Position numbers and translations under genes: made by a program. A stretch of 64,000 nucleotides of DNA from Podarcis muralis (lineage: Eukaryota). The notes beneath the pieces were generated by a model. That model did no database searches, was not told the origin of the DNA, and was given only the letters and a program-made list of their open reading frames with translations. Positions 13,401 to 25,800 of the stretch are shown piece after piece (position 1 is the first letter of the stretch; every line of letters begins with the position of its first letter). The DNA is taken from assembly GCF_964188315.1 (NCBI RefSeq), contig NC_135670.1, forward strand, positions 17,794,001 through 17,858,000, given 5' to 3'.

Positions 13401-16400
13401 AGCATTTGACACCATCCCCAGATCCCAGCTATGGTCCAAATTGAGTCTGATTTTGCAGGACAAACGACTTCTCTTTCTTATAAAAGCCCTATACAATGGA
13501 ACCAAACTGCAGGTCCGATGCGGTCGACAGGGACAGCTATCGGACAGCATCGAGATGACTAGGGGGGTGAGACAGGGTTGTATTTTGGCCCCCACACTGT
13601 TTTGTCTATTCGTAAATGACCTAGAAGAGAACTTAATGGACCCAGATGGACACACTCCAAAAATAGGAATGAGAAGGACCCCTTTGTTGTTGTATGCTGA
13701 TGACGCGGCCATCATCTCGCGTTCCAGACCGGGTTTGAATTATCTGTTGAGGAAATTTTCTGATTACTGTTCTGGAAATGGTTTATCCATTAATTATGAA
13801 AAATCTAAAATTTTAGTCTTCGAAAGAAGATTCTCCCAGTCTAAATAGGTGCTGGATGGCCATAACCCTGAACAGGTAAAATACTTCAGTTACCTAGGGC
13901 TCACATTCCATCATACAGGATCTTGGAAGCACCATTGGCAAACCTCCTTTCAAAAGGCGGAGATTACAAAGCTAGCCATACATAGATTCTTCTACACAAA
14001 GGGTGGCAAATATGTTCCAGCAGCCTTAAGGGTTTTCAACGCAAAGCCCGTTTCCCAACTCCTGTATGCAGCAAATGTCTGGCATAATGGGGACCTGCCA
14101 AAGCTAGATGGCTTTCAGGCAAAATTTATACGAGCTCTGCTGCAGGTACCTAACTGCGTCCCCAACTCCGTACTTCTGTTGGAAGCTGGTGAATGCCCAA
14201 TTTCAGCTAGAGCGTGGTGGGCTGCCCTAAAACATTGGCTCAGGATTTCAGTGTTTAATTTAGGGAAGGGTCTGTACCAACATTTGACCAATGAGGAATT
14301 TGTCAGCAAATGGCAGAAAACCATGGCTAAAAAAGCCACCTCTATTGGTCTGTCTCCCCCCCAACTGTATTACCTGGGTTATGAAGGCGCCCAAAAGGTT
14401 TTAAAGCAAAGATTATGGGACAATGCACACAGCGACTTGTGATCTCGATCACACACAGTCTGTAGCCCGCTGGCAGCAGGAGTTCAATATGGGTATGTCT
14501 TTGAGTTAACATCTTACATCAAAAACCTGACAGTACCTAACTATCGAAGGCTTTTCACTAAAGCCAGACTAAATGTCTTCCCCTCTGCAGTGCTAGATGG
14601 TAGGTTGAGAGGAGTTCCCTACCAGGACAGACTTTGCTCGTGTGCTCAAGACATCGATTCCATAAATCATATTTTGTTGCATTGTACGAAGTATGAGCAG
14701 GCCAGGGCTGAACTGATACTACCTTTGCTGGTACCTTTCCCGGGAAAATCAGAGGCTCACTATGTCAGGTTCCTACTGGAAGACTGGACAAAAGCTAGAA
14801 CGTTGGCAGTGGCAAAGTTTCTATCGGTGGTTGCAAGAACAAATGAGCCCTATATTCTAAACAAAATGATTAATTAACCTGGAGGTAGGCTGTATGAACT
14901 GTGTATTGATTTGTAATGTTTTGTTGGGTCTCTGGACCGTAATAAAGATTGTTGTTGTTGTTTAAATAAACCACAGAAAACTATTTTCAAGTCCAGCATC
15001 TTGGTTAGGCACCTGGTGTTTTTATTTATCTATTGCAATAGGACAGAGCTCAGTTCAATGTGCCCATTAAGAAGGTCTGTCTGAGGCACATCAGATCATT
15101 AGGAAGAACTTCCTGACAGTAAGAGCTGTTTCACAGTGGAATTTGCTGCCAAGGAGTGTGGTGGAGTCTCCTTCTTTGGAGGTCTTTAAGCAGAGGCTTG
15201 ACAACCATATGTCAGGAGTGCTCTGATGGTGTTTCCTGCTTGGCAGGGGGTTGGACTCGATGGCCCTTGTGGTCTATTCCAACTCTATGATTCTATGAGA
15301 TCAAAAGCTTATAGAGTAACACAGCACACAAAGAGTCATAAAACTCTTTGTATGGTGTTTTCCTACTATCAACCCCCCCCCCCCATAACTTAGGGCCTGT
15401 GTTCTTTAGGGGCACAGTTTCCCCATTCAGTTTCCTCCACACCTCCCCCGCCCCCGTTCACCAGAAACAGTACTTCAGTCTTATTGGGATTCAACTTCAA
15501 TCCATTAACTGTCATTCAGCCAGATAAAGTTTTAAATATAATGATTTTTCCAGCAATTAGAATAGGTGTTCATTTTTTAAAATATAGATTTTTTTTATGT
15601 TTGGGGCGCATCTCCCTTTTACTTTGAACATAGTAAGAACTCTGCTGGATCCGACCATCGTGTTCTCAGTGGCGGTAGCACATCCTGCTTGTGACTAGTA
15701 CCCACTGGTATGAATGATTGCTAGGAGGCCTGCCAACCAGATCAGGAGAGCTGCAGTAGAACCTGCTAATGGACAAGGGAAAGCAAGAAGGAAGGAGCTG
15801 GAGGGTAGAGAAAGGTGTGTTGTAATGAAACAGCTATTTGTCCAAAGGGAGAGTTTAAATTTGCTTTCCATTTTTGCCTCAGGTCCCACCCACAGCTGCC
15901 ATGTGGCCCCCATAGGGTTGCACAGAAAGAAACGTGGCCCTCGGTGTGAAAAAGATTCCCAACACTTGCAGTATGCCATTACAGAAAATGGTCTTTTTTC
16001 CCCATGAAGTGTATGGTGTTGAAGGTGGGTGATATCTTGTTTTTTCTTTAGATTTCGTTTAGCTCCTGAGCATCCCTATCCAGTCCCTGTACTGGACAGT
16101 TTAACTGCTGCAATATATTTTCTGAAGAATGCAGAGGAATACGGAGTGGACCCCAACTGCATTGCCATTGCTGGGGAGAGTAGCGGAGGCACATTTGCTG
16201 CAGCTATTTGTCAAGAACTGGTGACCAGAGAGGGCCTCCCAAGACTGCGAGCTCAGGTCCTCATCAACCCATTCTTACAACCAGGGGACTTTGATTTGCC
16301 ATCCTATCAGCAAAACCAATCAGTTCCCCCCTTGTTCAGGAAACAAATTATCAAATTTGGTTTGACATATCTCACTGGGAAGACAATGAATGTAGATGGA

Positions 16401-16826
16401 ATTCTGAAAGCCGCCCATGTCCCTCCTGATTTGAGGGAGAAATGCCGAAAATGGATCAGTGCTGATAACATTCCAGAAGAATTTAAAGCTAGGGGCTATG
16501 TTCCTGTAGAACCTGCTCCATTTTCAAAAGAACTTTATGAACAAGTTAAAAGAGGTACTGAGACAATGTTTTGCCCCCTTGTAGCAGAGGATGACATAAT
16601 CCGCCAGCTCCCAGAGACTTTCATTCTAACCTGTGAATATGATGTTCTACGGGATGATGGGCTGTTGTACAAGAAGCGGCTAGAGGACCACGGTGTGCCA
16701 GTGACATGGTATCATGTTCAAGATGGATTCCACGGAATAATGGCCATGGCTGGTTGGCGGATCCTTGAATTTCCGAGCACACAGAAATGTTTGCAGAGTG
16801 TAATACAGTTCTTAAAAGATTTATAG
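7117..16826 (+). CDS. AADACL4: AADACL4-like esterase paralog A, join(7117..7293,8799..9015,10197..10260,16052..16826), 410 aa
   Basis: GT-AG junctions with consistent phases 0/1/2, total 1233 nt. Features: N-terminal hydrophobic anchor, HGGAG oxyanion motif, FRLAPEH, GESSGG nucleophile, CEYDVLRDDG, DGFHG. Motifs RLRAQVLI, PSYQQNQ and KWISADNIPEEFKARGY match the AADACL3/4 family from memory. Family assignment is solid; one-to-one orthology is not established. Confidence 0.9.
7922..8103. mobile_element. hAT-type MITE with 8-bp TSD
   Basis: TIRs CAGTGGCGTAGCGTGGG/CCCACGCTACGCCACTG and TSD CCCACAGG; empty site in paralog B at about 23385. Confidence 0.85.
8263..8502. mobile_element. Tigger/pogo-type MITE (paralogous copy at 23532-23771)
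   Basis: TA TSD; TIRs CAGTGGTACCTTG/CAAGGTACCACTG. Confidence 0.8.
8554..8722. mobile_element. Tc1/mariner-superfamily (pogo-like) MITE
   Basis: TIRs CCGTATTTTT..ATAACAC/GTGTTAT..AAAAATACGG and TA TSD; clean empty site in paralog B at 23821. Confidence 0.8.
9360..9740 (-). mobile_element. Short L2 3'-end copy, one of many (others at about 1-215, 10403-10790, 31135-31645, 41870-42450, 53350-53560)
   Basis: Reverse complement of the 3' end of the 4164-6720 L2, with a (TAA)n/(TAAA)n tail; absent from paralog B intron 2. Confidence 0.75.
10858..14960 (+). mobile_element. Non-LTR retrotransposon, RTE-X-like (EN-RT-CCHC), 5'-truncated, interrupted by a solo LTR
   Basis: One reading frame: EN (NGAFPGD..STVDY), RT (NYRPISLL, FVAFMDLKSAFD, GVRQGCILAP, LLYADD) and C-terminal RLCSC...HILLHC. 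AATAAA plus (TTG)n tail; 7-bp TSD TTTAAAT (10851-10857/14961-14967); empty site in paralog B at about 25200. Clade assignment is from motif memory. Confidence 0.85.
12244..13331 (-). mobile_element. Solo LTR inside the RT ORF, containing a CR1 3' fragment (about 12716-12832)
   Basis: TG...CA termini and 4-bp TSD CTTC (12240-12243/13332-13335); removing it restores MLSFLAEKY in frame. CCAAT boxes, a TATA-like motif and AATAAA lie in order on the minus strand. Confidence 0.85.
15099..15297 (+). mobile_element. CR1 3' fragment
   Basis: (ATTCTATG)n tail and TSD AGATCA; absent in paralog B. Confidence 0.85.
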
Positions 16827-17128
16827 AAATGAAAGACCTTCTGTGTCTTCCAATGGCAGCCTTCCCTTTCTGTGGGAACAATCCCCCTTTCCTATTGTCC
16901 CAGTCCTAAAGTAAGAAGAAAAGGTCAGGTCCACAATTCTACCCAGTCAGATTTATTAAAATCACCATGACATCTGTGAGTACATAAGCAGCATTCATTG
17001 GCATACAACCTGTCATAATGCAAACATTCCTAGAGCCTCCTCCATGAATTGGTCTGATCCTCTTTTAAAACTACTCAACCAGATCACCAAGTTAGCTAAT
17101 TCCATTGATTAGCTGTCGCTCCATAATA

Positions 17129-17376
17129 CCATATTGGTCCGAATATAAGCCACACCTTTAAAATTCAACAGGGGGAAAAAAGACAATACCCAAATATAAG
17201 CCGTTCCCTTAAAATTCCACAGGCACTCACAAATGTTCTGTTTTACCATATGTCTGTTTGAGCAGCAATATCGTAAAAAAGCAAATTTTTGTAAGGTCAT
17301 CAATTTAAGCCGCACTTTAACTTTTCATGGTTGGAATTTGGGGGAAAAACTGCGGCTTATATTCAGGCCAATACAG
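17129..17376. mobile_element. pogo-like MITE
   Basis: TIRs CCATATTGGTCCGAATATAAGC/GCTTATATTCAGGCCAATACAG; absent from the homologous block downstream of paralog B. Confidence 0.7.
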
Positions 17377-18298
17377 AATTTGGAAGATATTTAGCAATAA
17401 GAAAGGAGCTCCTGGGCAAGTAGCTAAATGGAGCTAAACCCTTGTGAATGATATGAACTCATTTAATTACACCAACATTAGACAGGATTATAGCGAAACT
17501 GAAGGGTGGGAATATATTTACCCTTCAAAATTAGGGCCATGATACCTGAAGTATCTTTCTATATGTACCTCTTCCGACCAGATGTGTACACCTGAAAGCA
17601 GACTGGGATCTACGAAAGAGGGTGAGGGACTGAGGAGATATGGTTCTGCTGCACAGCCCCAAGCTATGTCTCCACAGCTATTGTCAGCACTAACCAAAGT
17701 TTCCAGAACATTTTGAAGGTCACCTTCATGTAGAACCCATTGCAGTAATCCAAATGGGAGGTCAATAGTGTTGATCCTGACAGGAAGATAATGCCACAGG
17801 CCAGCATGGGGAGATGATGGGGTAAGGAGGAAAAGGACACAGAATAAGAGCTCCCTCGTAACTTGCAGACCTCATTTGACTCAGAGGGAATTATCTTACC
17901 CGCTCTCTCCAATTTCAGTGTTTGGTGGAAGGAGAACTATGCCTCTATGCAGAAGGAGGACACCAGGATGAGGTGGGTGCTAGAAGGTGGAGTGCAACTC
18001 AGCTTACAGAAGAGGCATGGGGTTAAGGCAGAGGGAGGGCCCCCCAGACTCCCAGACTATCCCTGTGCCTTTAACCTCTCAGCTGACTTCTCCATCTCTT
18101 CCTTGATTAGTCTGCTTCATCTGAGGTTACAGCCTGTTTTCCTTTTCCTCCTCCTATTTCTCTCTTGGAGCCTAAGATGAGGGAGCACCTTCAAACTATC
18201 CCGAGACAACAAAAGAGCCGGCAGGGCTGCCTTTTTCTTCTCAAGTCTAGTTCATAAGTCTAGAACTTGATACCTTTTCCTTCCAAGTAGCCTACCTT

Positions 18299-19435
18299 GT
18301 AGCCTACCTTGATTTCAGCAAGGCATTCGACAAGGTGCCCCATGATATTCTTGTAAAGAAGCTGGTAAAATGTGGTCTTGACTATGCTACCACTCAGTGG
18401 ATTTGTAACTGGCTGACTGACCGAACCCATAGGGTGCTCATCAATGGTTCCTCTTCATCCTGGAGAAGAGTGACTAGTGGGGTGCCACAGGGTTCTGTCT
18501 TGGGCCCGGTCTTATTCAACATCTTTATCAACGACTTGGATGATGGACTCAAGGGCATCCTGATCAAATTTGCAGATGACACCACACTGGGAGGGGTGGC
18601 TAACATCCCAGAGGACAGGATCACACTTCAAAACGACCTTGACAGATTAGAGAACTGGGCCAAAACAAACAAGATGAACTTTAAGAGAAATGTAAATTAT
18701 TGCACTTGGGCAAAAAAAATAAGAGGCACAAATATAAGATGGGTGACACCTAGCTTGAGAGCAGTACATGTGAAAAGGATCTAGGAGTCTTGGTTGACCA
18801 CAAACTTGACATGAGCCAACAGTGTGACGCGGCAGCTAAAAAAGCCAATGCAATTCTGGGCTGCATCAATAGGAGTATAGCATCTAGATCAAGAGAAGTA
18901 ATAGTGCCACTGTATTCTGCTCTGGTCAGACCTCACCTGGAGTACTGTGTCCAGTTCTGGGCACCACAGTTCAAGAAGGACACTGACAAACTGGAACGTG
19001 TCCAGAGGAGGGCAACCAAAATGGTCAAAGGTCTGGAAACGATGCCTTATGAGGAACGGCTAAGGGAGCTGGGCATGTTTAGCCTGGAGAAGAGGAGGTT
19101 AAGGGGTGATATGATAGCCATGTTCAAATATATAAAAGGATGTCACATAGAGGAGGGAGAAAGGTTGTTTCCTGCTGCTCCAGAGAAGCGGACACGGAGC
19201 AATGGATCCAAACTACAAGAAAGAAGATTCCACCTAAACATTCGGAAGAACTTCCTGACAGTAAGAGCTGTTCGACAGTGGAATTTGCTGCCAAGGAGTG
19301 TGGTGGAGTCTCCTTCTTTGGAGGTCTTTAAGCAGAGGCTTGACAACCATATGTCAGGAGTGTTTCCTGCTTGGCAGGGGGTTGGACTTGATGGCCCTTG
19401 TGGTCTCTTCCAACTCTATGATTCTATGATTCTAA
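18299..19435 (+). mobile_element. CR1 LINE, 5'-truncated RT fragment
   Basis: [37 protein letters not shown] and an (ATTCTATG)n tail; empty site at about 34745. Confidence 0.92.
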
Positions 19436-20302
19436 GTATTTCCTAAGTAAACCAGCTTTACTGTTTTCTTACGTACAAGCATCTGTCGGTGTGCGATTGC
19501 GACAGGTAAAGTCTGCTCTCTAAAGTCTATTCACAAGAACGATGCTGTTTACTGACCCAAGAGCTTCAAAAGGTAAAGGGGGTCAAAAGGGAGCAAGCTT
19601 TATTTCAACAAATTATTGGCCCATTTATCCCAATAGCATGGGAGAAAGGAGATCTACCTTATAACTAGAGTGAATGATTTCAGCAAGAAACCAAATACTT
19701 TTTCATTCCCTTCCCAACAAAAAAGGACGAGTTTAAAGGTTCTAAGCTGAAAAGCCCCCTGTGACAGACATCAGAGCCAGACCCCAATCTGGTGATGCAG
19801 TTACTTAGAATTCCACCAGAATTTTCACCAGGGAAATGTTAGAGGGTATAGAGTTATGCAAACCCCAAGCCCAAGGCGTAATATAGCCTTTAGAAGATAT
19901 CTGAAGCCAGCAATGTCTTGGGAAGTCTTGTAATGTCTTATGTTTTGCTATGTTTTTATATATGTTGGAAGCCACCTAGAGTGGCTGAGGAATCCCAGTC
20001 AGATGGCTGGCGTATAAATAATAAAATCATCATCATCATTATCATTATTGAATTGGACACCCCAATTTTCATCAGAGAAATGTGTGAAAATATACACCAT
20101 TTGAATGGCAATGCCTGTCAATTGTGGGGGATAGAGGCCCCCTCAAATATTTTCCCAGTGGGGGAAACACCCCTTAGCCGCTTGGCGTTGGCTCCTTTGT
20201 TTTCTGGCTAGAATGTGTCCTTGAACTTCAATAAATGCCTCTTGTTTGCTAGGAAAGAGAAGGGCTTGTATCAAAACTCCATCACTATTTAGAAGACAAA
20301 AT

Positions 20303-21887
20303 GTTGTTGTGTTGTTGTTTAGTCGTTTAGTCGTGTCCGACTCTTCGTGACCCCATGGATCAGAGCATGCCAGGCACTTCTGTCTTCCACTGCCTCCCGC
20401 AGTTTGGTCAAACTCATGCTGGTAGCTTCGAAGACACTATCCAACCATCTCGTCCTCTGTCGTCCCCTTCTCCTTGTGCCCTCCATCTTACCCAGCATCA
20501 GGGTCTTTTCCAGGGAGTCTTCTCTTCTCATGAGGTGGCCAAAGTATTGGAGCCTCAGCTTCACGATCTGTCCTTCCAGTGACCACTCAGGGCTGATTTC
20601 CTTAAGAATGGATAGGTTTGATCTTCTTGCAGCCCATGGGACTCTCAAGAGTCTCCTCCAGCACCATAATTCAAAAGCATCAATTCTTCGGCGATCAGCC
20701 TTCTTTATGGTCCATCTTTCACTTCCATACATCACTACTGGGAAAACCATAGCTTTTACTATACGGACCTTTGTTGGCAAGGTGATGTCTCTACTTTTTA
20801 AGATGCTGTCTAGGTTTTTCATTGCTTTTCTCCCAAGAAGCAGGTGTCTCTTAATTTCGTGGCTGCTGTCGCCATCTGCAGTGATCATGGAGCCCAAGAA
20901 AGTAAAATCTCTCACTGCCTCCATTTCTTCCCCTTCTATTTGCCAGGAGGTGATGGGACCAGTGGCCATGATCTTCATTTTTTTGATGTTGAGCTTCAGA
21001 CCATATTTTGCACTCTCCTCTTTCACCCTCAATAAAAGGTTCTTTAATTCCTCCTCACTTTCTGCCATCAAGGTTGTATCATCTGCATATCTTAATTCCG
21101 GCTAGGGATTCATCCAGTCCAGCCTTTCGCATGATGAATTCTGCATATAAGTTAAATAAGCAGGGAGACCATATACAGCCTTGTCGTACTCCTTTCCCAA
21201 TTTTGAACCAATCAGTTGTTCCATATCCAGTTCTAACTGTAGCTTCTTGTCCCACATAGAGATTTCTCAGGAGACAGATGAGGTGATCAGGCACTCCCAT
21301 TTCTTTAAGAATTTGCCATAGTTTGCTGTGGTCGACACAGTCAAAAGCTTTTGCATAGTCAATGAAGCAGAAGTAGATGTCTTTCTGGAACTCTCTAGCC
21401 TTCTCCATAATCCAGCGCATGTTTGCAATTTGGTCTCTGGTTCCTCTGCTCCTTCGAAATCCAGCTTGCACTTCTGGGAGTTCTCGGTCCACATACTGCT
21501 TAAGCCTGCCTTGTAGAATTTTAAGCATAACCTTGCTAGCGTGTGAAATGAGTGCAATTGTGCGGTAGTTGGAGCATTCTTTGGCACTGCCCTTCTTTGG
21601 GACTGGGATGTAGACTGATCTTCTCCAATCCTCTGGCCACTGCTGAGTTTTCCAAATTTGCTGGCATATTGAGTGTAGCACCTTGACAGCATCATCATTT
21701 AAAATTTTATATAGTTCAGCTGGAATATCATCACTTCTACTGGCCTTGTTATTAGCAGTGCTTTCTAAGGCCCATTTTACTTCACTCCCCAGGATGTCTG
21801 GCTCAAGGTCAGCAACCACACTACCTGGGGTGTACGAGACATCCATATCTTTCTGGTATAATTCCTCTGTGTATTCTTGCCACCTCA
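20303..21887 (-). mobile_element. RTE-BovB LINE, 5'-truncated
   Basis: RT motifs NYRTIALISHASKVMLKILQ, FIDYAKAFDCVDH, GVRQGC and YADDTT (with a small deletion just upstream). 3' end KSRTRLND with (CAA)n tail; TSD AAAAT; empty site at about 39100. Confidence 0.92.
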
Positions 21888-22805
21888 AAAATAAAAGTGC
21901 CCATTTCTGAAGCAGGTGGCTTTCAGAAAAATCAAGAACGTCCTGCTGATTTCTACTTCTGGTGGCTGCTGCGAGGGACCCTCCCTGCCCCTGGCAGAAG
22001 AGGGAGATTTCTTTGGAAATGTCTTACAGTGTGAGATCACCTAATCCTTCCTATTCAATGATGTCCTTCTCCTCATCAAGAAAAAGAGTGAGGAGAGTTA
22101 CAGAGTCCTCAGCTGTGCCGTGCTTGACAGCTGTCCACAGAAAAAACTGAAAAGCTGGATGCTGCCTCTTTTTATAAATAAATGAAATAAAGAAATGAAA
22201 AGTGGAGTTGCATGTGCAGCAATCAAATTTGTGCAAGAGCAGGATTGGCTCCCATTGTGTGCATGGACAGTGCCAACCTCTTTGCTCACCACACTGTCCT
22301 GACAGGGGCAGTGATACTGCTGTTGGCAGGAGGTTAACGCTGACATTGATGTGCCATCCCTGATAACGTGCGCTCTCTGAATTACAAGGGATGAAAGACA
22401 CCACAGTATTTTGTGTGGGAGGGCAAGCACCACAAAAATGAAGACGTGTTGCGAGAGCAGTCAGTGTCTCTTGTAAGGAAGGATGCTTGTCGTGACCTGC
22501 TTGGCCTTCAGAGGCTATGGAAATCACATGCACCTCTTCCCTCTGGAGGAAAGGTTGGGAAAATGCACACACCTCCACATACACTCCACCCTGTGTGCAA
22601 TACAACCACAGTAACCAAGGAATGCACGATAGCCTGCAATCTCTGAACAGATTACGAAATTACTATTTTTTTCTTCTCAATTGAAAGCAATGTGGGTTGG
22701 GCGAGGATGTTCTCTTGCACATGCTGGAGACTGTTCTTCTACAAAAGCCACTTGGCATCGGTCAAAGGGGAAGTCCCTATCTCTGTGCTTCTGAGCTGAA
22801 GGGAA

Positions 22806-25800
22806 ATGGCGTTTGGTGGAAGTCTGTGGATGCTGATATTATATATGATCATTTTCATTCACTCCTTGCTGTTTGCACGGGGAGTTTATTATCATTTTAC
22901 AAGGACCCACATTCCTCCAGGAATCACCCATGGCAGAAAATTATATATTTTTTCTTTTGGATTGGGATATCTCCTTGAACTGGTAAGTTTGTTTTACATA
23001 TATCACAATCAAGGGGTTGGGGTGATACTCCCCCCCCCATTAAAAAAGGCTGCAGTGTTTGGGATTTTTTAGTTTAGAGAAAAGGCAAGCTGCAGGTGAC
23101 GTGATAGCAGTCTATAAAATTTGTGCATGTCATGGAGAAAATGTTTCTCCCTGTCTCATGACACTAGAACTAAATGTTGGAAGATTCAGGAAAGCTATAA
23201 GAGGGGACTTGTTCGCACTGGACATTTTCAAACTCAAGAAAATCACCATGTAATAGAGGGCTATGGATGGCTGCTAGCCTGCATGGCTATGCTCTGCCTC
23301 TGCAGCTCAAGGCAGCAATGCTTCTGTACACCAGATAGGGGAAGGGGACAGGGCTCCTGTGCTCACATCCTGCTTGAAGGTTTCCCACAGGCACTGTGAG
23401 GAATCATCTGCTGGACTAGATGGGCCATTGGCCGGGACCAAGTGGCTCTTTTTACATTCTTATGGAGAGAGGGAGAGAGAGTTTCATGCCAGCCCAAACT
23501 CCAAGAAGTGAGTGGTGAATGAAAGGATATACAGTGGTACCTTGGTTTGCATACATATTGGTTTGCATATATTTTGGATTACAAACACGTCAAACCTGGA
23601 AGTGCATGTCCCGGTTTGCAACCTTTTTTTGGATTACAACCCATTTTTTTGGATTATGAAAATTTTTTGGGGGGAAGGCCCCTGTGGCGAAAGCGCGCCT
23701 TGGGTTACAACCTGTTTTGGTTTACAAACGGACCTCCGGAATGGATTTGGTTGTAAAGCAAGGTACCACTGTACAATTTAGTTGCCCCACATATGAGAGG
23801 TTCGTTCCACAGGCAGTGCATATATGCAAAATATGTTTTTTATATGCAAAACTAACGCTGATCATAAATGCTGAATGTTTTGGTTTAAAAAGGGCGTGTT
23901 TCTGGAAAAACTGGGCATTTGCCATAGATATGTCATCTGCAGGGCTGCGTACGATGCCATGCCAGCAAAGAAGGACTTAAACTTGATCAGAAAGGACCTG
24001 GTTTTTGATGGGGTGCCAGTGAGGGTGTACTGGCCCAAGACACCAGCTGCTGGGAACAGGAGAGGAATCATCTATCTTCATGGAGGCGCTGGACTCCTTG
24101 GAAGCATCCGTAAGTTCTTTGAAAGAGTCTCAAAATGGTTCACTATATTGTTTGAGGAGAATTTGGGCTGGCACATTAGTCTAAAAGTCCTGAAGTGTTT
24201 GCTATGGAGGGCTTCGGGTGGTTTGTACTGCCCCTGTAGGCAGTTTAAGTTTAATGCAAGATGGGACCATGAGGCAAGAAAACGGGTCTGAGGCCCACTG
24301 TTACAAAGGCGTCCAGTTCTGTAGTAATTCTGTGAACAGCCCTGAAATTCTGTGAACCGCCCTGAGACCTCCGGGTATAGGGCGGTAGATAAATTCAATA
24401 AATAAGTAGAAATATATGAATTAAAATTAAGATTCCTAGTGTCACAGTCAATGAAAAATCCTAAAAATGTCAAAGAAGGTGTTTCTGCTTCATGTACCAA
24501 GGGACTTTTAGGAAAGGCCTTTAAGAGGTGATCAGAAATAACAGGAAAGAAGGCAAGAAATGTGGGTAGAAGTTTGTTTTTGTTTTTTACCCACTGACAC
24601 TGCTTGATCTCTGCTACAGATCAGGAGAGGGTAAAACCACAGAATGCCCCATTTACAAAGAGTTCAGTGCAACTGAGTTTTTCCCAGAGGAACTTCATTA
24701 AAAGTTGTTTTCTACAATCAAGTGGCATACAGTATACAATTTATGACATAAAAATAAATAAATAAGCTCATCTACATTAGCTATATCTCTTGATTTCAAC
24801 AGATTTACTTTTAGGAAGACTAAGCCTGGTGTCAACTCACAATGATTTCAGTGTGAATGAGCAGGGGAAATTGTAATGGAGGGCTTGTGGGGCTTGTGTT
24901 TTCTTCCAGGAGCCTGTGAAAACGTCTGCTGTTCCATTGTCCACGAAAGTGATTCGGTGGTTGTGAATGTTGGGTAAGTGGTTTCACGCTTTTGGTATCC
25001 GAAACAATGCGTAATGCCTCTCAGCTTCCAACCTTTCCTGAGCCCAGAGGAATGATGATGATGATGATAATAATAATAATAATAATAATTCTTTTTATGA
25101 TGCCCATCTGACTGGGTTGCCATGCACACAATGCATGGGATCTGTGGTAAGAATTCACTTCAACATCACCTTGTTCGTTACCCAGGTGAGAAACCACCTT
25201 TTAAATAAACCACAGAAAACTATTTTCAAGTCCAGCATCTTGGTTAGGCACCTGGTGTTTTTATTTATATATTGCAATAGGACAGAGCTCAATTCAATGT
25301 TGGGGACGCGGGTGGCGCTGTGGGTTAAACCACAGAGCCTAGGACTTGCCGATCAGAAGGTCGGCGGTTTGAATTCCCGCAACAGGGTGAGCTCCCGTTG
25401 CTCGGTCCCTGCTCCTGCCAACCTAGCAGTTTGAAAGCACTCCAAAGTGCAAGTAGATAAATAGGTACCGCTCCAGCGGGAAGGTAAACGACATTTCCGT
25501 GCACTGCTCTGGTTCGCCAGAAGTGGCTTAGTCATGCTGGCCACATGACCCGGAAACTGTATGCTGGCTCCCTCGGCCAATAAAGCGAGATGAGCGCCGC
25601 AACCCCAGAGTCGGTCACGACTGGACCTAATAGTCAGGGGTCCCTTTACCTTTACCTTAACAATTCAATGTGCCCGTTAAGAAGATCTGTCCGAGGCACA
25701 TCAGATCAAAAGCTTATATCAGGGGTCAGCAACGTGCAGCCCATGAGCCAGATGCGGCCCATGAAGACCATTTTACCGGCCCATGGGCTGCCCCAGAACC

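Noticed and set aside
8985-16200. HGGA (not HGGG) and GES (not GDS) as signs of inactive or unusual enzymes
   Set aside because: As I recall, both variants occur in mammalian AADACL4; the triad residues are intact.
22098-22605. Recurrent minus-strand ORF (…RDGTSMSALTSCQQQYHCPCQD…) upstream of several paralogs
   Set aside because: It is the duplicated upstream block; frames and stops differ among copies and there is no recognisable domain or splice support.
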